In this document: positions 10,301 to 18,419 of the stretch, piece by piece | How the letters are laid out: each line of letters starts with the position of its first letter | Numbering within the stretch: position 1 is the stretch's first letter | Source of the DNA: a virus | DNA: 64,000 bases | Virus record (IMG/VR): IMGVR_UViG_3300027779_001743 | Coordinates: 6,696 to 70,695 of that record | Strand: one strand, 5' to 3' | The notes under the pieces: generated by a model | Told to the model about the DNA's origin: nothing | Database searches by the model: none | What the model saw: the letters and a program-made list of their open reading frames with translations, nothing else | Translations under genes and position numbers: made by a program

Positions 10301-11083
10301 TTCTATATGGATAGAGGGACAAGAATGAATCCAACATCACCAAACGGAGCAGCCCCACATCAAAATCCAACAGCAAGTTTTGTAGTTGCAACCACACACG
10401 ATATGACAGGATTAGAGTTTACTGGAAGTTTATTCCCACCTAATTTTATATTTAGTTCAGAATATGTAACAAAGCCAGTTGAAACTCCAGGTACTTTTGG
10501 ATTCGTATCGGCATCAGCTTCGGGTTCAAATATATTTACGATTATGGGAAAGGTTTCGGGTTCTACTCACGACGATGAGGACGGAGATAGTGATGACTTT
10601 TTTGACGCAAAGTTCAACCTATTGGGATTAGAAGCAAACACAAGAGGATTACCAACAGCAAGACAAAATGAATATACATTCTTCCAAGCAAAACATAGTG
10701 GTTCAATTAGAGCACAATTACAACACGATGGAGATTTTATATCAGCTGGAAACATTACGGCATTCGGAACATCATTCTTAGCAGTTTCCGATAAAAGATT
10801 AAAAGATGATATACAGACAATTAGTGAATCATTAGATAGAATATTAGAATTACGACCAACAGGATTCAAATGGAAAGACTCAAATAAGAGAGATGTAGGG
10901 TTTATTGCACAAGAAGTTGAATCTATCATACCAGAAATTGTTGAAACATCAAGAGGATTTATCAATACAGATAATGACCAAGAAACCAAGACAATCGCAT
11001 ACTCAAAACTTACAACTTATTTGGTAGGTGCGATACAAGAATTAACAAAACGAGTAGAAGAATTAGAGGAAAAAGATAAGTAA
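4379..11083 (+). CDS. very long tail fibre / virion structural protein with C-terminal intramolecular chaperone (peptidase S74)
   Basis: 2234 aa, rich in S/T/G/A, with beta-repeat and coiled-coil repeats. The C-terminal SDKRLKDDI..LRPTGFKWK..VGFIAQEVE..LVGAIQEL is the S74 autocleaving chaperone signature. Confidence 0.85.
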   Translation: MPIRKNILRKGTAPKQNLLGFDVLQEETGVLGDLSTSKFFKISEFPSVLPTGNSSFLIEGSDLLKPNVELKTEILDSQGNPIFHYGIPNYDKELPARRMTIEVYEDDVVNGIGSFTILAELDPRKVSIPTAFQDTYNVRFSAPININKSIKNTRPIRFYGDPTLSVSELVKGVIEGVYTSNQKTATITGSVSLNIPTPTTAQYGATDSTTADSTGINEVGNNQTAYISQNVGEAQSSILGNLVKSPKPYATYIVNAMEAGIDNADDKITSTMKGATFSITSPDGLVDSTVYPDADWTKPTTFSTKILDIVNSTTFTTTTQYKIKSKKNNQELIVPLQASASNVSITHNVGSVTNTASQIFQRSYANMTVGNLRTFSGDTYKAKVYMKEDGSSGEFEKIYETLVESPNELIDQNSDTGFKSVGIFPTQSIIDNFWVTSSATFAATQDDDTIIDGVILSGSTEPHANSFTFETSQSYSLEKNEPYLVDFDLAFKPTNKVQSDGTEKKDAKLEVFLTGTFLSETSQEVPLGEVELNEYDFNKINSFTKVKKKQITDFLTHNITGGVATGSLGFRVSSGEFILSDVRLRPFSETNFSPGFFKANVPMQRAIKRGQAYDFVVEFYDANNNLAEAVALADDVTFAGPRQVLGDGNDGVLTGSVFLSNTEDTGIEFHGGSAYIRSVGYNGFNRALDSGGSGFMMYSGSVSKSLNTSESYQGVGLELMDNSGANPSSSRFLKFRTNAEGEQSEFEVRTDNFLFGVKGITNNYISGSNGNLEISSSNFALQEDGDVIIEGTITAAVGGTIGGFDITTGSLAGADGHFFISGSASGSVGNFDKTNLFISSSGFVVNSQGDLIARSINSIILPAGADFSNTKFYTDHNAQSASVMAITGSLIVSSSQASSSLEFVKLTTGSLVISRDAVNAETASLQGNVTALGVATASLSGSVQSINSETASLQGNVTALGIATASLSGSVESINSETASLQGNVTALGIATASLSGSVEDINTTTGSLLAASESMQTQLVLTSTGMDLKNETGGVLSSFGLSTKLFGSASNATDYAEINPDGLIMVANSETASIFNAGGTTIQGGTATASLNAGGLALISAGVTGSLFSATGAEIYGAADKNERITISPVGVSLIANNVTGSFIDANGMEIYGASDKKERVLVNSTGVSILANDITGSSFTSATSSIFGSNDKHERIELVGEGMKVYQNNTQVGSFGSDITLTGGTLTIQGTAGTIGDDKITVGSAAIAAYAANAKVLDIVDAKINIGPAAVAGTAVTGNVRVEAGNVYIYGDATNTFSQMSSAGLEVTDDGTKIAVFAGTTTIGNTSGQHISIDANSIDIKTAANVTVLSASAAGISMSGSINAGDGTIGGFTINSTEISASGLVLKSGGQITGSSVQLTGEINASTGTTATSITAIGVITGSLILSSSNIQSQTTALGVATGSLFTSATALGVATASLSGAVEATNTVTGALLESSESMATQLVLTSTGMDLKNTSGGFHTSFGKSVKMFGSASNALQTASANVNYSEISPDGMIIVNSSTTSSFFGDDVRIYGGAISFFSGSVTASSFSSSAAGFTASIFGSADKEERVEVTDEGMKVFAGDAQVSSYGTNTVLTGGTITLRNSTNNNDKLVLSENSMVIFDNNNEVASFGANTVLEGGTVTIQNTTNNNDKVVLSENKLEIFDNNNVVAEFAANTVIEGGTITLRNTTNNNDKLVLSENSMVIFDNNNEVASFGANTVLEGGTVTIRNTTNNNDKVILSQNKLQVFDNNTDVASFGAITRIGAIANNHISMSSDGLSIKTAANVTVLSASADGITMSGSITAGAGSIGGWAISDSVLTSTVGTKIITLDTGNSLIKVLSGSAADADRHAVILNGAKGIIEVSQSGIGIFDTGRSETFTKNTIVEPAIFKPNLSARGDIVSSSVDVTRPVPTMDNLSVISSSKMNRLETQQFFQDTTAAGATLQDSLTPFFYMDRGTRMNPTSPNGAAPHQNPTASFVVATTHDMTGLEFTGSLFPPNFIFSSEYVTKPVETPGTFGFVSASASGSNIFTIMGKVSGSTHDDEDGDSDDFFDAKFNLLGLEANTRGLPTARQNEYTFFQAKHSGSIRAQLQHDGDFISAGNITAFGTSFLAVSDKRLKDDIQTISESLDRILELRPTGFKWKDSNKRDVGFIAQEVESIIPEIVETSRGFINTDNDQETKTIAYSKLTTYLVGAIQELTKRVEELEEKDK
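7130..7385 (+). repeat. 3 x 84-bp (28-aa) tandem repeat in the tail fibre
   Basis: ETASLQGNVTALG(V/I)ATASLSGSV units start at 7139, 7223 and 7307. The 4-heptad period suits a coiled coil. Confidence 0.95.
9221..9724 (+). repeat. 4 x 126-bp (42-aa) tandem repeat in the tail fibre
   Basis: NTVxxGGTxTxxNxTNNNDKxxLSxN...FDNNN units start at 9221, 9347, 9473 and 9599, in an ABAB pattern. Confidence 0.95.
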
Positions 11084-12324
11084 TGTCATTACCGTCAGCA
11101 GGAAGTCCAATGTCAATGTCTATGATTAATACCGAACTCGGTGATGGAACATTTGATACTATAGATTTAAAAGCAGCTTCAACTACATTAGGTGAGGGAG
11201 ACGCACCATACGGAATGGATGAACTTGCAGGATTATCAGGAACTACTGCACCTGGTTTTAGTGCTTTTGCTGCAACAGCAGGAGATGGAGAAATAGTTAT
11301 TACTTGGACAATAACAAATTCACCAGACTCAATATCTTTAAAAGTTTCAAACGCTTCAAATATGAGTAGTCCATCAGAATTGTCAACGGTTAATGACGGA
11401 ACTCATACTCAAGGAAGTTTGAATCCATCAACTCAAAAATTTTATCAATTATCAGCAACAAACGATGGTGGAACAACTAATAGTAGTATCATAACCGCAA
11501 CATCAAACGGCACTACTTGGGGTACAATTGCTGACTTTGATTTACATTTATCAAGTGGTGGAAGTGCACAATCTGAAGAATCAGGAGAAAAATCATTAAC
11601 ATTAGCAAACTTTAATGGAAACACAGATGTTACCGTTGAACAACCTTCCAATTCAAGTCCACCACACGAACTATTAGTTAAAATTGGTAATGCAAGTGGA
11701 ACTTATAATTTAGTAGGAACATACACGGCATCACCAGGTACGATAAATCCCGCATCAACATACTTTATGAGATTTAAACTACTACAAGTTGGAAGTAAAA
11801 CTAATACAGAAGAAGATTGTACCGTATCTTTTACCAATAATAGTGTTGCAAGAACCTTTGAAATTAATGCATTAATTACATCAGGTATAGGTGGTAGATG
11901 TATTCACGAGTTGATGTTAGTAGATACACCTATGGGACAAAAGTCAATATATGATTTAAACATAGGTGATTTAGTCAATTCATATAATTATGAATTAGAT
12001 ATGATGGAAAATGTTCCAATTAAAGAAATTATACAACCAACACACGAAAATTTATATAAAGTAAATAGATTAATCCTAACAGAAGACCACCCGATATTTG
12101 ATGAAAATGGAAAACTATTATCATTAAATCCAGAACTATCAAAAGAACGATATGGTCTTAAAGCAGATAAACTTGAAGTAGGACATAAGTTAAAGACACT
12201 AAATAATGAAGAACTCATTGTAAACCAAATAAGAAAATACAACGGAGTCCATAAAACTTATACCATAATAACACAGAACGATAACTTCTATGTTGATGGG
12301 ATATTAGTTCACTCGGAAACATAA
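11083..12324 (+). CDS. virion-associated protein with FN3-like domain and C-terminal Hint domain
   Basis: Phage fibre-type N-terminus MSLPSAGSPMSMSMINTELG, then an FN3-like segment (IVITWT..LNPSTQKFYQLSATN). The Hint domain runs from GGR|CIHE (11899) through LTEDHP to FYVDGILVHSET. Confidence 0.75.
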   Translation: MSLPSAGSPMSMSMINTELGDGTFDTIDLKAASTTLGEGDAPYGMDELAGLSGTTAPGFSAFAATAGDGEIVITWTITNSPDSISLKVSNASNMSSPSELSTVNDGTHTQGSLNPSTQKFYQLSATNDGGTTNSSIITATSNGTTWGTIADFDLHLSSGGSAQSEESGEKSLTLANFNGNTDVTVEQPSNSSPPHELLVKIGNASGTYNLVGTYTASPGTINPASTYFMRFKLLQVGSKTNTEEDCTVSFTNNSVARTFEINALITSGIGGRCIHELMLVDTPMGQKSIYDLNIGDLVNSYNYELDMMENVPIKEIIQPTHENLYKVNRLILTEDHPIFDENGKLLSLNPELSKERYGLKADKLEVGHKLKTLNNEELIVNQIRKYNGVHKTYTIITQNDNFYVDGILVHSET

Positions 12325-13331
12325 TGGAAAAATACGACATATATTATAGTACAGGCGGTGGTTCAGTAATTGGTGGTGGAGCAGATGTTTGGGTCAATGA
12401 TTGGATTGAAAACATAGCACCACATTTAGATACAAAGCCAATCTTAGCAATTCATAGAACAAGACCACCTGAATTTAAAGATGATTTAGGTATTGAAGTG
12501 GTATGGCAAGGAGATGATGTAAAGGGATTTGGAGAACTATTAAACAATGCCAGAAGAATTAATATTCTACACGGATATTACTCACCACATAGATACATTA
12601 CGGATAACTTTGATAAAATACACACAGCAGGTATTCATTGTAATGTAGAGCAAGCAATAAAAGCAACACTCGTATTAGATTTAGAAAAGTCTTTTCATTT
12701 CCATATGGAACAAGCGTGGGAAGATACAATTGTAGAAAAAGCTAAGTATCCTTTTTGGATAGGTATTGATAAACCAAAATTGAAAAATAACTATGACCAC
12801 TTATTACATATACCAAATTTTTACGAATTCAAACACAACAAAGATGTCGTGGACAATAATATCGTAGGTTTCGCCGCCAGAATGGAAACACGAAAATGTC
12901 CACACTTCTTACAAGGTATTAAATCAGAACTCACCACAGACCCAAAAGATGTATTGTGGTGGAAACGAAATCTTAATATCGATACAACGGATTGGAAAAT
13001 CTATAAATTTAATTATGAGTTTTTAGGTAAGTTCTACAATAGAGATTGGGGAATATCACATTCGGCACATATCTTTGAACCATTTGGATATGGTATATTT
13101 CAAGCAATTGATTATGGAAAACTACCTATATTGGCACAAGATTGGTTAACCGAATATGATTATCCATTTAGAGCACAATCACCGAAAGAATTTAAAGAGC
13201 AATATGAAACAATATGTAAGTTATCCACAAAAGAACGACAAGAGTATTTAGTTCCTTTAAGAGATTACTTACGAAAATTTGACAACAAAAAACAATGGAG
13301 AGATAAATTACTCAAATTATACAATGAGTGA
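12324..13331 (+). CDS. GT-B (GT4-like) glycosyltransferase
   Basis: N-terminal IGGGADVW, VGFAARMETRK and an EPFGYGIFQA variant of the EX7E motif. Confidence 0.7.
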   Translation: MEKYDIYYSTGGGSVIGGGADVWVNDWIENIAPHLDTKPILAIHRTRPPEFKDDLGIEVVWQGDDVKGFGELLNNARRINILHGYYSPHRYITDNFDKIHTAGIHCNVEQAIKATLVLDLEKSFHFHMEQAWEDTIVEKAKYPFWIGIDKPKLKNNYDHLLHIPNFYEFKHNKDVVDNNIVGFAARMETRKCPHFLQGIKSELTTDPKDVLWWKRNLNIDTTDWKIYKFNYEFLGKFYNRDWGISHSAHIFEPFGYGIFQAIDYGKLPILAQDWLTEYDYPFRAQSPKEFKEQYETICKLSTKERQEYLVPLRDYLRKFDNKKQWRDKLLKLYNE

Positions 13332-13342
13332 TATTTATTAGT

Positions 13343-14380
13343 ATGAGCACAGCAGTAAAACAAAACTTATCATTAGGAAAACTTCGTAGAGCAGTAGACG
13401 GAAACAATTCGTATACCGCAGCTATGAGTATGTCGCAAGCAACAGGTTCTTTTGCAACAATTCCAGTAAAGATGAGTGACTTTTCAATATCAGCAATGGG
13501 TTCATTGACTGGCTTTGTATACTTGTGGGAGTCAACGGCAGAAGATTATACCGTAGCATTCACAAATGCAGGAAAAGGATTTACAAACGTAATATCTACA
13601 AGAGCAGAAAACTTTACTTGGAGTAAAACGGGAACATTAGATGTTGCATTTAGTTCAGCAGACGCAACCGCAACCGTAACTGCCGCAGCAATTTCAAACG
13701 CAAATACAGGAACGGGTGCAGATGATGACTTTTATGCAGCAGGAACTCACAATCAATCTGGTAGTTTACAAGTTAAGTTTCACGAAGACGGACAATCAGA
13801 TGGATTCAATGACCACGCAACAAATTACAATACCAATATAACAAAAGCAATTGTTATTGTTGATGCTTATGGTGGTTCACCGAGTTGTTTATTAGAAGGA
13901 ACAGATATTCAATTATCGGACGGAACATACAAAAAAGTAGAAGATTTAGAAGTAGGAGATTGGTTACATACATTAGATTTACCAGGTGCTATTGACGAGG
14001 ATTATGATAATTGGAGACAATCAAGATTTGAAGCAGGATTCGACAAAGTAGTTCATTCAGCAAGTGTTCAAGATATTAACTTTGATTATGCACAAAATTA
14101 TTGGAACATCAATGATGGATTAGAAAAGATTACAGGTGAACACGAAATGTTATACAAACCAATCGGAGAAAACTTTTGGATGTGGCAATTAGTTCCCGGT
14201 ATGAAAGTTGGTGGACAATTAATGGGTAAAGATGGAAGTTCTATTGAAATTACTTCATTAGAGCAAGTTCATAGTGAAGACGGATTTGAAGTAGTTCAGA
14301 TTGATGTAGAACCATTAGACTTTTACTTCGGTAATACATTCTTAGTTCACAATAAGGGAAGCAATTCCGACCCATTTTAA
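13343..14380 (+). CDS. virion-associated protein with C-terminal Hint domain
   Basis: S/T/A-rich N-terminal region. The Hint domain runs from GGSPS|CLLEGTDIQLSDGTYKKVEDLEVGD (13886) through ITGEH to YFGNTFLVHN. ATG 13343 is preferred over GTG 13328. Confidence 0.78.
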   Translation: MSTAVKQNLSLGKLRRAVDGNNSYTAAMSMSQATGSFATIPVKMSDFSISAMGSLTGFVYLWESTAEDYTVAFTNAGKGFTNVISTRAENFTWSKTGTLDVAFSSADATATVTAAAISNANTGTGADDDFYAAGTHNQSGSLQVKFHEDGQSDGFNDHATNYNTNITKAIVIVDAYGGSPSCLLEGTDIQLSDGTYKKVEDLEVGDWLHTLDLPGAIDEDYDNWRQSRFEAGFDKVVHSASVQDINFDYAQNYWNINDGLEKITGEHEMLYKPIGENFWMWQLVPGMKVGGQLMGKDGSSIEITSLEQVHSEDGFEVVQIDVEPLDFYFGNTFLVHNKGSNSDPF

Positions 14381-14427
14381 TAAATAATCCATTTTGGTTA
14401 TTTTGAATTATATTTATATACAAGGTT

Positions 14428-15147
14428 ATGACAATATTAAATCACGATTACATTAAAAACAGCATTACAACAAATGACGGAAACGAAGATGTCAAATATC
14501 GTTGGTCTCACGGCGCAACCGATAAACATCTCGGTGATGGTATGCTTATATATTCTCTAATCTATTTTCATAAATTTAAAACTTGTGTTTGTTTAGGTAG
14601 TGGTGGTGGACTAATCCCAAGAATAATGACACAAGCAAAAATGGATTTATATCAAGAGGGATTCGGTAAAGATGATAAGATTGATTGGGAAGGTTTTGGT
14701 AATACGATATTGGTTGATGCGGTAAACGGAGTCAATGGAGAACCAGATTGGACTAAGAAAGATAGTTTTCTAAGAAGTAATTTCCGTATAGAATTTTTAA
14801 AAAATACAACAGAAAAAGCATACTATGATTACTTTGTAAAACGAGATATTAAAATTGATTACCTACACATAGACGCAGACCATACATTTGAAGGAGTAAA
14901 ATTAGATTTTGATTTATATTCAAAAATAATGAATAAAGGTGGAATCATTACAATACACGATACTGATAGGAATTATGTGGACAACTTTATTGAAGTAGAG
15001 GGGCACGAAGATTACGATTTATCAGGTCCAAGTCAATTTATCAAAACAATAGACAAAAGAAAATTTGAAGTGATGAACTTTTTTAACTACGGAATAGAAA
15101 AAGATTTCCCAAGTTCATCAGGATTAACCATAGTGAGAAAAAAATGA
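14428..15147 (+). CDS. class I SAM-dependent methyltransferase (Methyltransf_24-like)
   Basis: VCLGSGGG, IDYLHIDADHTFEGVKLDF, GGIITIHD. Confidence 0.8.
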   Translation: MTILNHDYIKNSITTNDGNEDVKYRWSHGATDKHLGDGMLIYSLIYFHKFKTCVCLGSGGGLIPRIMTQAKMDLYQEGFGKDDKIDWEGFGNTILVDAVNGVNGEPDWTKKDSFLRSNFRIEFLKNTTEKAYYDYFVKRDIKIDYLHIDADHTFEGVKLDFDLYSKIMNKGGIITIHDTDRNYVDNFIEVEGHEDYDLSGPSQFIKTIDKRKFEVMNFFNYGIEKDFPSSSGLTIVRKK

Positions 15148-15896
15148 AAAGAAATAATGACCACATAACAATGTTATCAAATGGTAAACCACTTGAACCA
15201 AAATACTTAAAATCATATTACGATATGTCAGACGCTGGAACTCATTATGATTTTAGAGATTATAGAGATGTTCCTGGTTGGGTAAATGACGCTGAATATG
15301 TATATGAAAAAGCCGTAAGTCAAGCAGAAGATGGAGCACACTTTGTAGAAATAGGAGTTCTATACGGACAATCAGCAACACGAATGGCAGAGTTAATAAA
15401 AAAATCTGAAAAGGATATAAAGTTTGATGCTATTGATATTTTTTGGGGTATTGAACACGGAACTAAAAATTATTTAACTCAAAATCAACCATATCAATTT
15501 CTACAATATTTGGAACAACCAAGGTTTGAAAATTGGACAATAATGCAAATAGTTCAGTTCCCGGTAAAACATTTTGGATTATCAGATTATGTAAACTTTA
15601 TAACTTGTGATGAACGATATGCACATAGATTGTATGATGACGATTCATTAGATTTTGTATGGATTGATGGAGACCATAATGAAAGTGTTGTTTATAATGA
15701 TTTAGTAAACTTCTGGCCAAAACTTAAAAGTGGAGCTATGATAGCAGGAGATGATATGAAATCTTCTGGAGTTTATAGAGATGTCCAAACATTTATAGAT
15801 GATTATGATTTGAGAGACTATTATAATCAAACACCACTCAATATAGGAAAAGACGGAATCAATCAAAGTAATGGGTTCAGGATAACAAAAAAATGA
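15144..15896 (+). CDS. class I SAM-dependent methyltransferase (Methyltransf_24-like)
   Basis: FVEIGVLYGQS, DFVWIDGDH, KLKSGAMIAGDD. Confidence 0.82.
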   Translation: MKRNNDHITMLSNGKPLEPKYLKSYYDMSDAGTHYDFRDYRDVPGWVNDAEYVYEKAVSQAEDGAHFVEIGVLYGQSATRMAELIKKSEKDIKFDAIDIFWGIEHGTKNYLTQNQPYQFLQYLEQPRFENWTIMQIVQFPVKHFGLSDYVNFITCDERYAHRLYDDDSLDFVWIDGDHNESVVYNDLVNFWPKLKSGAMIAGDDMKSSGVYRDVQTFIDDYDLRDYYNQTPLNIGKDGINQSNGFRITKK

Positions 15897-16744
15897 AACC
15901 AAGAGAAAACTTAGTAACGGTTTGCGGTCATAACACGACAATGTTATACCATATGTTACGACATTATCAATACAATGTCAAGGAAATTTTTGTAATTTTA
16001 TACGCGCATCACGAAAAAGACCCCGTAATAGAACAAGGACTACACGTGTTGGAACAATTTAATTTAAAACCACACAAGATAGTTTATGAAAGACCTTTTG
16101 ATTGGGCAAGAGTTACACAACACTACAATGAAACAAAGTTATTAAAACCAGATGAGTGGTGGATAGTAGCAGATGACGATGAATTGCAATTATATTCTAA
16201 ACCAACATATCAGATTATAGATGAGTGTGAAGAATTTGGATATGAATTCGTTACAGGTGGTTTCGTAGATAGAATAGGAGAAGATGGAACATTTCCAATC
16301 ATAACAAATGAATCAAATATATGGGAAGAAATGCCAGAAGCAGGATTTTTCAGATATCCATTGAGTTATGCTTGTCCTAATAAAGTTACATTGATGAAAG
16401 GTAATGTCAAAGTGTCAAATGGACAACACTATGTTCAATTGGATGATACTAAAACAACTTGTCAAATGGAACACCCAAAAAAATACCCGATAGAAAAGAA
16501 CTTTACGCAAGTTCATCACTTTAAATGGGATTCATCAGTATTGGATAGATTACAGCAAGTCGGTAAATCATCAATAGGTGAATCTTGGGGTGAAGAATAT
16601 CAATTAATGTATAACGAAATAGAAAAAAATGATTTCAAAATAGACTTGACAAAAGAAGAATTTATGTTTCAACGATTAAATTATCCTAATTATCATCATT
16701 TGAAAACTTGGGATAGTTTAAGAAAAAAAATCGTAACAATTTAA
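15893..16744 (+). CDS. GT-A fold (GT2-like) glycosyltransferase
   Basis: WWIVADDDEL DxD motif, NGQH and HHFKW. Confidence 0.65.
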   Translation: MKPRENLVTVCGHNTTMLYHMLRHYQYNVKEIFVILYAHHEKDPVIEQGLHVLEQFNLKPHKIVYERPFDWARVTQHYNETKLLKPDEWWIVADDDELQLYSKPTYQIIDECEEFGYEFVTGGFVDRIGEDGTFPIITNESNIWEEMPEAGFFRYPLSYACPNKVTLMKGNVKVSNGQHYVQLDDTKTTCQMEHPKKYPIEKNFTQVHHFKWDSSVLDRLQQVGKSSIGESWGEEYQLMYNEIEKNDFKIDLTKEEFMFQRLNYPNYHHLKTWDSLRKKIVTI

Positions 16745-16791
16745 CACAACACTATATTTATATATAGTTATAACAAAAGAGGGTTATTAAT

Positions 16792-16989
16792 ATGGCAAAA
16801 ACAGCAACAGACGAACATATGGTAATGTTAGAAGAACGCAAAGTAAAATCATTAGAGAAGATAGCTAATGTATTGGATGCTTTAACACTTTGGTTTGAAG
16901 ACATTGACAAAACAGAATGGTCTGAAAGAATGCAGTGGTATCTAGCTGAATTTCACAAAAAATACTTAGAAGAAACAGATAATAAATAA
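16792..16989 (+). CDS. small hypothetical protein
   Basis: 65-aa ORF preceded by the promoter-like motif (16754) and GAGGG. Confidence 0.65.
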   Translation: MAKTATDEHMVMLEERKVKSLEKIANVLDALTLWFEDIDKTEWSERMQWYLAEFHKKYLEETDNK

Positions 16990-18419
16990 TGAAACTTGGA
17001 ATAATTGTCCCGTATCGTAAAAGACCAGGACATCTTCGTAAGTTTCGTGAATCTATTGAATCGTATTTAAAAGACCAAGATTATGAACTAATCATAGTTG
17101 AACAAAATGATGATTTACCATTTAATCGTGGTAAGTTATTAAATATTGGATTCCAACAAGCAACAAGAAAACTATGTGATTATGTCGTGTTTCACGATAT
17201 TGATATGTTACCAATTGATGTAGATTATTCTTATTCAGATGTTCCAATTCATCTTGCTACAAATTTCACAAATTCCAAACGAGAAATATTTAAAACTTAC
17301 TTCGGTGGAGTAACAATGTTTCCAAGTGGATTATTCAAAAAAGTCAATGGCTTTTCAAATGAATATTGGGGTTGGGGATTTGAAGATGATGATTTGTTAA
17401 TGCGATTAACAGAACAAAATGTATTTACAGACTTTGAAATCTATAAAGTTCCAAAAGAATCTACATCAGGATTAAATCTGCACGGAAACAATAGTTATGT
17501 AGAGTGTTTGAATACGATTGATATCACAAAAGACTTTACGCTTCACATTACATTTAAACCAGACGATATAATTCCAAGTTACGACAAAGACTTTGATGAG
17601 TATTGTATATTTAGTATTCCTGGTTGGGATACAACGATAGGATACAATTCTTTCAATAGATATAAGTTTGAATGTTGGGATATTGGAAACGAGTGTCATC
17701 AAATTACTTCTGAATATAGTTATCCACACTTAACAAGAATTACAGTAACTTACGATAAGTCAAATAGATTGCTAACAATGTATCAAGACGGACAAGAAGT
17801 CGGTAAAAAAACAATAGCAAGAAAATTATTAGATACAAAAGAAAAGAATTTTTATATTGGAATCGCAACACCAAACAGAAAAGAAGACCAAAAAAGTTTT
17901 ATTGGATTCGTGAGTGATTTCGCATATTGGAATAAAGCATTACAAAAAAATGAAGTTCAAGAATTAACAGACACATTTGGACTAAGTTATTTAACCGATA
18001 CTGGACAATATAGTAGTTCAGAAAACTTAAAGATTTACTATGATTTCAAACACATACAATTAAATCAACCTTATCAATATGAAGAGGGTGAGATTGTAGA
18101 TATGGTAAATCCAAGACTATCAAAGTGTTATGGTAAAGTATATAATGCAATACCAAAACCATTCAATGAATTAGAACAAAAGAGAATATCTATTCCCGCC
18201 AGAAGAAGTTCTAAATTTGAAATGATTAAGCACGAAGCAGAGGGTTATTTTCAAGGTGGTTGGAAATCCAAATCTACGAGAATAAATCAGATAAGGTTTT
18301 ATAACGAAATCATTAACAATGAATCCAATCTTGAACAAGATGGACTTTCTACACTTAAATATACGAAAGTTTCTTCAACAAGTCAAGACAATTTTACATT
18401 TATTTCGGTGAAGTTATGA
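16989..18419 (+). CDS. GT7 (beta-1,4-galactosyltransferase-like) glycosyltransferase with inserted LamG/ConA-like domain
   Basis: GT7 motifs: IIVPYR, FNRGKLLNIG, FHDIDMLP, YFGGV, NGFSNEYWGWGFEDDD. A LamG-like insert spans about 17470-18150 (ITVTYD..MYQDG..FYIG..YWNKAL..YYDF). Confidence 0.85.
   Translation: MKLGIIVPYRKRPGHLRKFRESIESYLKDQDYELIIVEQNDDLPFNRGKLLNIGFQQATRKLCDYVVFHDIDMLPIDVDYSYSDVPIHLATNFTNSKREIFKTYFGGVTMFPSGLFKKVNGFSNEYWGWGFEDDDLLMRLTEQNVFTDFEIYKVPKESTSGLNLHGNNSYVECLNTIDITKDFTLHITFKPDDIIPSYDKDFDEYCIFSIPGWDTTIGYNSFNRYKFECWDIGNECHQITSEYSYPHLTRITVTYDKSNRLLTMYQDGQEVGKKTIARKLLDTKEKNFYIGIATPNRKEDQKSFIGFVSDFAYWNKALQKNEVQELTDTFGLSYLTDTGQYSSSENLKIYYDFKHIQLNQPYQYEEGEIVDMVNPRLSKCYGKVYNAIPKPFNELEQKRISIPARRSSKFEMIKHEAEGYFQGGWKSKSTRINQIRFYNEIINNESNLEQDGLSTLKYTKVSSTSQDNFTFISVKL

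Noticed and set aside
11899-14353. Canonical mobile inteins
   Set aside because: The Hint domains are C-terminal, have no homing endonuclease, and lack the Asn and/or the +1 nucleophile needed for splicing. No inteins were seen in the terminase, primase or portal.
4379-14380. Diversity-generating retroelement acting on the fibre
   Set aside because: There is no reverse transcriptase in the window, and the repeat differences are mostly synonymous and not adenine-specific.
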